The notes below the pieces were generated by a model. The model had not been told where the DNA came from and made no database searches. It saw only the letters and a program-made list of their open reading frames with translations. Of a DNA stretch of 64,000 nt, positions 44,924 to 52,944 are shown piece after piece. The position numbers and the translations under genes are program-made. Position 1 is the stretch's first letter. Every line of letters starts with the position of its first letter. The stretch is from an uncultured Prevotella sp. (GTDB lineage Bacteria > Bacteroidota > Bacteroidia > Bacteroidales > Bacteroidaceae). The stretch is from assembly GCA_902491375.1 (NCBI GenBank), contig CABUHE010000004.1, positions 40,499 to 104,498 on the forward strand, read 5' to 3'.

Positions 44924-45487
44924 ATGCCAACAATCGGATTTGAAATCAAAAGAAAGTGTAAAGTCTGCGGCAAGGTCTTTGTCGCAAAGACTCTCGACAG
45001 CTACTACTGCTCGCGCAGGTGCAGCAATGTGGCTTGGAAGCGCAAAAGAGATGAGAAAGCAAAGAACGCAAGGCTGGAAGCTATTGCCCAACTGGTTCCT
45101 GACATCAGAGAGTACATATCGGTAAAAGAAGCCGTTGCTATGTTCGGTGTGGAGCGTAGCACGCTGTATCGGCTGATAAGAGAGGGACGAGTTCCTGCAA
45201 TCAATATCGGCGAGAGGCTGACACGCATCAAGCGTTCCGATATGGAACGGCTGTTCCTTAGCAGACCTGAAAGCACGGTTGAAAAAGAGAAGCCTGCCCC
45301 CAAACTCTACAGCATGGAGCCGGAGGACTGCTATACCATCACTGAAGTCTGCGAGAAATATCATATTAATGACAGTTCCGTATGGGCTCACGTAAGAAAA
45401 TACTCCATTCCTTCCCGACAAATAGGGAACTATGTGTATGTACCCAAACAAGAAATAGATAACCTTTATAAATCAGAGATAGAATGA
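44924..45487 (+). CDS. Zn-finger plus excisionase-type HTH DNA-binding protein
   Basis: CKVC...YCSRRC, then YISVKEAVAMFGVERSTLYRLI and a second HTH. ATGA overlap with the integrase. Start 44924 preferred over 44870. Confidence 0.8.
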   Translation: MPTIGFEIKRKCKVCGKVFVAKTLDSYYCSRRCSNVAWKRKRDEKAKNARLEAIAQLVPDIREYISVKEAVAMFGVERSTLYRLIREGRVPAINIGERLTRIKRSDMERLFLSRPESTVEKEKPAPKLYSMEPEDCYTITEVCEKYHINDSSVWAHVRKYSIPSRQIGNYVYVPKQEIDNLYKSEIE

Positions 45488-46752
45488 AGAAAGCATTGCC
45501 CAACACCAAAGTGACCGTCAAGCTCAGAAGGTCAAGATACAAAGAAGAGTGGTATCTGATTATTGAATCGTACCCAGTTTACAAACGAGGCTCTAACAGA
45601 GCCAGCCGTGTGGTGGAATCCATCAACCGGACTATATCCACGCCTATTTGGGATAAGTCATCCATCGCCCGCATCCTGCCGGACGGAAGTTTCAACTACA
45701 AGCCCAAGCGTGATTTGAACGGAATCATCCAATGCCGTTCCACTATCGACCAAGAAGCCTGTATCTATGCAGACAACGTCCGTAAGCTGCGTCAGCATGA
45801 ATACGACAGTGCCATTCTTTACACCGACAAGGAGAATGAAATAGCCGCACAGAACGAGCGTGGCGAACAGGACTTCATCAAGTATTTCAACGGCATCATC
45901 AGCAAACGCCACCCCAACAGTTCCAATTCGATTATTGTTAATTGGATGCGTGTGGGCGAGCTGCTGAAAGTCTATTCGCAAGGGAATCCGATACCTTTCA
46001 AATCCATTTCCGTCAAACTGCTCGAAGATATTAAGATGTTCCTGCTCCGTGCCCCGATGGGAGGCAACAAGAAAGGAACTATCTCACAAAACACGGCTTC
46101 AACCTATTTCTCTATCGTCAAGGCCGGGCTGAAACAGGCTTTTATTGATGAATACCTCACGGTTGACATCAGCGCAAAAGTGAAAGGCATCAGTTCTATA
46201 GAAAGACCTCGTGTCGCTCTTACCATGAATGAGGTGCAGATGCTGGTTGACACTCCCTGCAAGGACGATGTTTTGAAGCGTGCGTTTCTCTTTTCCATCC
46301 TCACCGGATTACGGCATAGCGACATTCAATCCCTACGGTGGAAACAGATTCAACAAACGAGCAAAGGTACATGGCAGGCCTTGGTGGTTCAACAAAAGAC
46401 GAAACACCCCGATTATAAGCCCGTCACGGAACAGGCTCTCCAATTATGCGGTGAACGGCCTGACGATGATGAACGTCTGGTGTTTGAGGGGCTGACTGAT
46501 GTTTCATGGATTTCCATACCATTGAAAGCATGGATAGAAGCATCGGGTATCAAGAAGCACGTAACCTTTCATTGCGGACGCCATAGCTACGCCTCGTTGT
46601 TGCTTGAAAACGGTGTGGACATCTATACAATTAAGTCCTTGATGGGACATACTAACGTAAAGACTACGCAGATTTACACCCATCTTGTCGATGCGGCAAA
46701 GGAAAAAGCAGCCAATACGCTGCATATTGACAACTTGAGCCAATACAAGTAA
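45484..46752 (+). CDS. Tyrosine recombinase/integrase
   Basis: Catalytic motifs TGLRHSD, FHCGRHS, MGH and TTQIY are all present. Confidence 0.96.
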   Translation: MKKALPNTKVTVKLRRSRYKEEWYLIIESYPVYKRGSNRASRVVESINRTISTPIWDKSSIARILPDGSFNYKPKRDLNGIIQCRSTIDQEACIYADNVRKLRQHEYDSAILYTDKENEIAAQNERGEQDFIKYFNGIISKRHPNSSNSIIVNWMRVGELLKVYSQGNPIPFKSISVKLLEDIKMFLLRAPMGGNKKGTISQNTASTYFSIVKAGLKQAFIDEYLTVDISAKVKGISSIERPRVALTMNEVQMLVDTPCKDDVLKRAFLFSILTGLRHSDIQSLRWKQIQQTSKGTWQALVVQQKTKHPDYKPVTEQALQLCGERPDDDERLVFEGLTDVSWISIPLKAWIEASGIKKHVTFHCGRHSYASLLLENGVDIYTIKSLMGHTNVKTTQIYTHLVDAAKEKAANTLHIDNLSQYK

Positions 46753-47059
46753 AGGTGGAAAGTTACACCATTGAACATCAGTGAGTTATAAAGATTGCCA
46801 CCTCTTTTACCACCGTTTGCCCCTCATAAAGCACCCCACTTTTTGAGGGGTTTTCTTTTCCTTTCTACAATACTATATTGCTACCTGCCCTAATTTCGGC
46901 TTTTTTCTCCCTTTGTTTATTCTATCCGACTATTCCGGTCTTAATGAAACTTAAATCTGTCGGTGGTAAATAAGGGGCGGATTGGGGGCAATCGAGCACT
47001 TATTTAACCCCCGTAAGCATCCATATACTTTTGCGGCATCAACTTAAAAACGAAAGAAT

Positions 47060-47413
47060 ATGAGTTATACCGTAAATTCATTCGAGGAAATGCCTAACGC
47101 ACTGTCCTACCTGATTAAAACAGTTGAAGAACTGCAATCTACCGTAAAAGCCTTGCTGCATAAGCAGGCAAGTGATTCACCTAAATGGATGGATATAGAT
47201 GAACTTTGCGCCTATCTTCCCTCACATCCGGCCAAGCAGACGGTTTATGGATGGGTGTCGGCCAAGCAGATACCCGTACATAAGATAAATAAGGCTTTGG
47301 CTTTTCTCCAATCGGAAATAGATGACTGGTTGAAGAACAAGGTGCATAAGACTCAGGCTGAGCTAATGCAGGAGGCTGAACGTTTTGTCAAATCCAAAAA
47401 GATTATCAGGTAA
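47060..47413 (+). CDS. Excisionase-like HTH protein
   Basis: WMDIDELCAYL...KQTVYGWVS..IP, with a TACTTTTG -7 box at 47026-47033. Confidence 0.88.
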   Translation: MSYTVNSFEEMPNALSYLIKTVEELQSTVKALLHKQASDSPKWMDIDELCAYLPSHPAKQTVYGWVSAKQIPVHKINKALAFLQSEIDDWLKNKVHKTQAELMQEAERFVKSKKIIR

Positions 47414-47414
47414 T

Positions 47415-48011
47415 ATGGAAGCGACAGACTATTGTTTCTCATTCTTCCGCAAGCCCATTCAGAACACTGAGCCGTTAAGGGCGATAGGCATTGTGGATGT
47501 GTACCGCTATGTGGTCGGCCATTATGCCCGTCCGCAAACAGAAGCCCTGCGTTCAATGGCTTCTCCTGCTGATGCCAAGAGATACAAGGCTGCCCACTTT
47601 GACTATTGTACTTTCTCCGGTCTTTTCCGTAAGCGGAATGAAAAGGAATTGATAATGCACTCCGGACTTATGTGCCTGGATTTTGACCACGTGGAGGATA
47701 TGGGAATGGTGAAGCAACAGCTTCTCAATCATGAGTATTTTGATACGGAACTATTGTTTACCAGTCCTTCGGGGAATGGATTGAAGTGGGTTATACCTGT
47801 GGACTTGAAAGGATGGGAGCACTCAAGGTTCTTCAAGGCCGTTGCCAACTGTATTCGTGCAACAGGCTTGCCAATGGTGGATATGTCGGGAAGCGATGTG
47901 GCACGTGCCTGCTTCCTGCCTTACGACCCACAAGCATACATTAACCCTAAATACAACGAATATGTCAAAGAAAATATTTTCCGCCCAAGATTGGGAGAAT
48001 GTCCCTTTTGA
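47415..48011 (+). CDS. VirE N-terminal / BT4734-like protein
   Basis: TFSGLF, HSGLMCLDFDH, FTSPSGNGLK, DVARACFLPYDP. Confidence 0.85.
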   Translation: MEATDYCFSFFRKPIQNTEPLRAIGIVDVYRYVVGHYARPQTEALRSMASPADAKRYKAAHFDYCTFSGLFRKRNEKELIMHSGLMCLDFDHVEDMGMVKQQLLNHEYFDTELLFTSPSGNGLKWVIPVDLKGWEHSRFFKAVANCIRATGLPMVDMSGSDVARACFLPYDPQAYINPKYNEYVKENIFRPRLGECPF

Positions 48012-49779
48012 GAATGGTGTTCCAACATTGCCCAAATTGCTTCCTGCTCCCAATCCAGCCTCTGATAATAAAGAGGAAGAAGTAGAACGTATCATCAGAG
48101 AAATAGAACAGCGTGCCGTTGACATCGCACCTGAATATAAGGATTGGGTGGAACTAGGCTTTGCTTTGGTTGACGGATTGGGCGAGAACGGAAGGGAGTA
48201 TTACCACCGCATCAGTCGGTTTCATCCGGACTATCAAAGGGAACAAACAGACAAGCAATATACCCATTGCCTGCAAGCCAAAGGGCAAGGCGTTACCATC
48301 CGCTCGTTCTTTCATTTGGCTGGTCAGGCTGGTATTCCTTTAAGTCCGGTAGAGGAACAGCATTTATCCATTTTACCAAATATCCAAAATGGTAAAACGG
48401 GCAAATGGATAAAATCAGCCGATGAGCTTCCGGCATTTCCTGAAAGTGTGTTCGAGCAGCTTCCGCCATTTTTAAGTGAGGTCGTCAGCAACTCCATTTC
48501 AGAAGATGACCGCGACACCATTCTGATTGGGGCGATTGTATGCCTGTCGGTCTGCTTTCACAATGTCTGTGGTGTGTATGACGAGCGCATTGTTTATCCC
48601 AACCTCTACTTGTTTGTCGTGGCTGATGCAGGAATGGGCAAGGGCGCGTTGACTTTATGCCGTGAGTTGGTGGCTCCCATTAACCGTAATCTGCATGAGC
48701 TTTCGCAACGAATGGAGCAGGAATACAAGGAAGCGATGAACACCTATATCAAAAGCAAGAAGTCGGACGGTGCAGCTATGCCGACTGAGCCGCCTATGCG
48801 TATGCTTATCATCCCGGCCAATAGCAGCGCAAGTTCCTTGTTGAAGATATTGGGCGATAATGACGGTGTCGGGCTGTTATTCGAATCTGAAGGTGACACG
48901 TTAAGCCAAACATTGAAGTCGGATTACGGCAACTATTCCGATGTGCTGCGCAAGGCGCTCCACCATGAGCTGGTCAGTCTGAGCCGACGCAAGGATAGGG
49001 AGTATTGCGAAGTCAGCAATCCGAGGGTGTCTGTAGCGTTAGCCGGAACGCCCGAACAGGTAAGGCGGTTGATACCCGATGCGGAGAACGGACTGATGAG
49101 CCGATTCTGTTTTTACATCATCCGTTTTAAGCGTGGTATCAGAAATGTGTTTGCCACAAGTGATATTTCCCAATCCAAAAATACCATGTTCCGTATATTG
49201 GGCGACCGCTTCTGTCATCTGCATGAAGAGTTCGTGAATCATGGCAGCTATTCATTTTCCCTTCCCTCTGTTTTGCAGGAACAGTTCATCGAATACCTTA
49301 GCCGGGTGAATGAAGAATGCTGTGACGAAGTGGACAACAGGATGCAGGGTATAGTCAGACGCATGGGGCTTATTGCGTACCGCATCATGATGGTGCTGAC
49401 CACTGTCCGGCATTTGGAAAATGTGTACAATGTGCAGGTGGATTCTGATGGTATTGTCCGGTTGGTTTGCCAAGAATCGGACTACTTCGTTGCCATGAAC
49501 ATCTGCGACACGTTGCTCTATCATGCCGTTTTTATTTATCGGAATCTGTCAGGAAGTCAGAACAAATCATCCGCTTCCATTTTGCAGGAAACGGGTGTGG
49601 CGGCACGGAGGAATACCCTTTATAATATGTTGCCCGAGACGTTCACAAAGAAAGACTACGATGCGGCGGTCTTGGCCTTGGGAGAGAATGGCAGCACGGC
49701 AGCAAAATGGATAGAAGCCTTTATCAGAAGCGGCAAACTATGCCGTATTGAACAAGGAAAGTACAGGAAGATTTTTTGA
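47962..49779 (+). CDS. PriCT-2 + DUF3987 primase-associated helicase-like protein
   Basis: YKDWVELGFAL PriCT-2-like region, PNLYLFVVADAGMGKG P-loop, ENGLMSRF. ATG 47962 preferred as start. Confidence 0.82.
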   Translation: MSKKIFSAQDWENVPFENGVPTLPKLLPAPNPASDNKEEEVERIIREIEQRAVDIAPEYKDWVELGFALVDGLGENGREYYHRISRFHPDYQREQTDKQYTHCLQAKGQGVTIRSFFHLAGQAGIPLSPVEEQHLSILPNIQNGKTGKWIKSADELPAFPESVFEQLPPFLSEVVSNSISEDDRDTILIGAIVCLSVCFHNVCGVYDERIVYPNLYLFVVADAGMGKGALTLCRELVAPINRNLHELSQRMEQEYKEAMNTYIKSKKSDGAAMPTEPPMRMLIIPANSSASSLLKILGDNDGVGLLFESEGDTLSQTLKSDYGNYSDVLRKALHHELVSLSRRKDREYCEVSNPRVSVALAGTPEQVRRLIPDAENGLMSRFCFYIIRFKRGIRNVFATSDISQSKNTMFRILGDRFCHLHEEFVNHGSYSFSLPSVLQEQFIEYLSRVNEECCDEVDNRMQGIVRRMGLIAYRIMMVLTTVRHLENVYNVQVDSDGIVRLVCQESDYFVAMNICDTLLYHAVFIYRNLSGSQNKSSASILQETGVAARRNTLYNMLPETFTKKDYDAAVLALGENGSTAAKWIEAFIRSGKLCRIEQGKYRKIF

Positions 49780-49845
49780 GTGGCCAGTTTGTGTTTTAGT
49801 GTCACTAAAACCTTTGCGGCAAGCGGCAAAGCTGTCCACTCAAAA
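49774..49845. other. Candidate oriT (nested inverted repeats)
   Basis: TTTTGAGTGG/CCACTCAAAA outer arms enclose GTTTTAGTG-T-CACTAAAAC and CTTTGC/GCAAAG hairpins, directly upstream of mobC. Confidence 0.6.
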
Positions 49846-49874
49846 TACTCAAAAAATCAACATCAACAAGCTAT

Positions 49875-50249
49875 ATGAATACAGAAAGCAAAAAGTCCGG
49901 AGGTCGCCCGAAGCTGGCGAGTTATCAGAAACGCACGAGGTGCTTCCGTGTCATGTTCAATGAGAACGACTACATTTATATTCAGTCGAAGGCGGAACTG
50001 GCCGGACTGTCTGTCAATGAATTTTGCCATCAGGCGGCAATGGACTGTCAGGTTTCCCAGCGCATCAGTCCCGAACTGGTATCTGCCATCCGTGACCTTT
50101 CAGGCATAGCCAACAATGTCAATCAGATTGCCCATCAGATGCACATCCACGGATTGGAGGCAGTCAAGCAACATTGCGTCACCATCATCACTGAAATAAG
50201 TAGGATTATTGCACAAATAAAGAACGACAGCCATGATAGCGAACATTAA
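49875..50249 (+). CDS. mobC: MobC-like relaxosome accessory protein
   Basis: GGRPK, RHH-like AGLSVNEF, LSGIANNVNQIAH. Overlaps the relaxase start. Confidence 0.88.
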   Translation: MNTESKKSGGRPKLASYQKRTRCFRVMFNENDYIYIQSKAELAGLSVNEFCHQAAMDCQVSQRISPELVSAIRDLSGIANNVNQIAHQMHIHGLEAVKQHCVTIITEISRIIAQIKNDSHDSEH

Positions 50250-51135
50250 AACGAGAGTGGATTTCGGGGGCATCGTGAACTACGCCAACGACCAAAAGAA
50301 CAAGAAGAAGAGTGCTACGCTGTTGGCACATGAGGGAGTTTGCGCTGTCAGCAACAAGGCCATTGCGGACTCTTTCCAGATACAGGCATCCATGCGCCCG
50401 AAAGTGAAAAGTCCGGTAAAGCATGTTTCTCTGGCTTTCTCGCCAAACGATGCGGCACGTTTCTCTAACGATGAGAAAGGGAATGCGCTCATGGTGGAAA
50501 TTGCCCGGAAATGGATGGAGCGGATGGGTATTCGCAACACGCAATATATCATAGCCCGGCACCACGATACCAGGCATCCTCATTGCCACTTGGTGTTTAA
50601 CCGGATAGACAATGACGGCAACCTTATATCCGACAGCAACGAAAGGATACGCAGTACGAAAGTATGCCGTGCGCTGACGGAGGAGTACGGACTTTATCTC
50701 GCTCCCAAAAACAGCAAAGCAAGGAATAAAAGCAGATTACGACCTCACCAACTTCGGAAGCACAATCTCCGTGCCGCCGCTTTGGATGCGTTGACTGAAT
50801 CCCATTCATGGAAAGATTTCCTGTCCGCACTGAAAGTTCGGAGCATAGACATCCGTTTTAACCGGAGTCAAGCCTCAGACAATGTGCGTGGTATTTCTTT
50901 CAGTCAGGACGGCTTCAGTTTAGCTGGCTCCACGCTTGACCGTGACTTGAGCTTTAACAGTCTTTGTTCGACATTAGGAAGTCTGACGGAGGAATTGCTC
51001 CTTCAACCCCATCAGGCAATCGTTTCCAATGCTGGTGGCGGAGGAACAAACAACAGCCTTGGATGGCGTGATGAAAAAGACAAGAACAAGCAAAAGGACG
51101 AACCATTTTATAAACCCTTTAAACGTAGAAGATAA
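50233..51135 (+). CDS. Relaxase (MOBP-like)
   Basis: N-terminal FGGIVNY, HVSLAF, 3H motif RHHDTRHPHCHLVFNRI. Confidence 0.93.
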   Translation: MIANIKTRVDFGGIVNYANDQKNKKKSATLLAHEGVCAVSNKAIADSFQIQASMRPKVKSPVKHVSLAFSPNDAARFSNDEKGNALMVEIARKWMERMGIRNTQYIIARHHDTRHPHCHLVFNRIDNDGNLISDSNERIRSTKVCRALTEEYGLYLAPKNSKARNKSRLRPHQLRKHNLRAAALDALTESHSWKDFLSALKVRSIDIRFNRSQASDNVRGISFSQDGFSLAGSTLDRDLSFNSLCSTLGSLTEELLLQPHQAIVSNAGGGGTNNSLGWRDEKDKNKQKDEPFYKPFKRRR

Positions 51136-51788
51136 TGAAAGAAGATGTGATAGCTGCAAATCTCGCAAATCTGCGGAAAAGTATAAATGAATTAAAAGAA
51201 AGCGTTGACAAGCTGAGCAACAACTCATCCCAACTGGTACAGTCAGCGGTATCTCCCATTGATGAGCGGACTGTTTACAACAGCGTTGCCAAAAGTTTCT
51301 GCAACTGTTGGAACGATGCCTTGTCGATATTGAAGAAGTCTGTACGGAAAGAACAGCCGGACAAAATCCCTTTATCTAAGTGGATTCCCAAACTGATAGA
51401 CTTGCTTAAACGGAAGTTCAGCCTGATAGACTATCTCTATATTCATGTTTGCGATTACAACACGAATCGCTTGAAGATAGAAGCCAATACGGAAAGAATC
51501 CTCAAAAGACAGAATGAAATACTCGCAAGAGTTAATGAATTGAGGTGTCCGCTGACTATCATGCCACCCAACGTCAATGGATTGTTTATACGTGGTTATC
51601 ACTTCAAACTCCGTTATGTGATAATTGTTGTCATTGCTATTTTTGCATGGGCTGTGGCGGCTTCATTCAGCAGCATGAAATATAAGGAGGAAGCATTCGC
51701 ACATTATTCCATGTATCGGGCGATAAAGGAGCAGCATCAGTATCTGATGGAAAGAACTAGCATAAAAGTGAAAAGAAGTACGGAATAA
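51135..51788 (+). CDS. Hypothetical coiled-coil protein with one C-proximal TM segment (mob-associated)
   Basis: 217-aa ORF coupled to the relaxase stop (TAATG), hydrophobic YVIIVVIAIFAWAVAA. Confidence 0.7.
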   Translation: MKEDVIAANLANLRKSINELKESVDKLSNNSSQLVQSAVSPIDERTVYNSVAKSFCNCWNDALSILKKSVRKEQPDKIPLSKWIPKLIDLLKRKFSLIDYLYIHVCDYNTNRLKIEANTERILKRQNEILARVNELRCPLTIMPPNVNGLFIRGYHFKLRYVIIVVIAIFAWAVAASFSSMKYKEEAFAHYSMYRAIKEQHQYLMERTSIKVKRSTE

Positions 51789-51798
51789 TCTGAAAATC

Positions 51799-52317
51799 CT
51801 ATGGATGTTTTGTTTTCCCGTATGAAGATTGGGGCTCTGCGGCCATAAGGTTATTGACGCTTTCTGGTATTTCGTATGTCTTGACTTTACGGTCTTCAAG
51901 GTAAATGTGATTTAAGGTGTATGCCAATGATTCCAATGTCTGCATCCGGATTTTAGGCTTCAGCTGACATTCCCATATAGTGATGCAATGCCAACCCATA
52001 GCTGCGAGTTGGCATTGTTCCTTTTTATCACGTTCCTTATTCCGTTCAATTTTCTTTTGCCAAAAGTCGATGTTTGTCTTAGGCAGGCGAAAGTATTTGC
52101 AATTCTCATGACCATGCCAAAAACAGCCGTTCACAAAGATGACCGTGCGGTATTTACGCAGCACCAGATCAGGATGAACGGGCAGACGTGGATGGTTGAG
52201 CTGATAGCGGAAGCACCGGCAAAAAGGAATTTCCCTCAGTAATAATTGGGGGTTTGTGTTCTTGGAACAGATAGTAGCTTTGTAACAATGATGTTGTTTT
52301 TCCGTCAGTTTGTCCGT
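51799..52317 (-). pseudogene. vsr: Vsr very-short-patch repair endonuclease with a degraded 5' end
   Basis: Intact core PDLVLRKYRTVIFVNGCFWHGH...WECQL. The frame extends upstream to TDKLTEKQ with ACG in place of ATG (52317-52315), preceded by an in-frame TGA. Confidence 0.75.
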
Positions 52318-52719
52318 AGAGTTTTCATTTTCTCATTGTAGTATTTATTAGAGCTTGATGTTCAATAGTTTGTATGTTATACGGTAGAAAAGTAATGTTC
52401 AGAATTCCATTGGATTCAAAATATAAGGGTGGCTATATATGGAATCTAGCCTTCAAAAAAACAATAGAGGTTGTGGTATGTATTGTGGATATGGGTGTCA
52501 TAGATAGACATAATTTTTTCTTTGCAAGCTTATTGATGTATATAGAGAATGTCTTATTTTATATCAAGCGTATATATGATACACTTAAAGTAAAATATGC
52601 TGTGTTGAAAGTTTAATATAGAGGGATTTGAGTGTTATATCTTTGTTTTGTCGGTTTTTCTTTGGCTCTTTCAGATATTTGCACTATTTTTGCATTTTAT
52701 TACAAGAAGTTGTAATGCG

Positions 52720-52938
52720 ATGAAAACAGAAGATAAGCCTATACCGATAAACCGAATAAAAGCTGTATTGGCAGAAAAACAAATTTCAGCTAAACAGCTT
52801 AGTGTCGCTGTTGGTAAAAATGAAACCACAATATCGCGATGGTGTAATAACAAAATTCAGCCGTCAGTTACACAACTTCAAGAAATAGCTCACATCCTTG
52901 ATGTGGATGTGAGAGAATTATTATGTCCAACTAAGTAA
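52720..52938 (+). CDS. XRE/Cro-C1 HTH transcriptional regulator leading the BREX operon
   Basis: NRIKAVLAEK...LSVAVGKNETTISRWCNNKIQPS, with a TATTTTTG -7 box at 52685-52692. Confidence 0.9.
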   Translation: MKTEDKPIPINRIKAVLAEKQISAKQLSVAVGKNETTISRWCNNKIQPSVTQLQEIAHILDVDVRELLCPTK

Positions 52939-52944
52939 TTACGT

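Noticed and set aside
52374..52616. 80-aa ORF between vsr and the HTH gene
   Set aside because: It lies in very AT-rich spacer DNA with no motifs, so a chance ORF is likely, although a gene remnant cannot be excluded.
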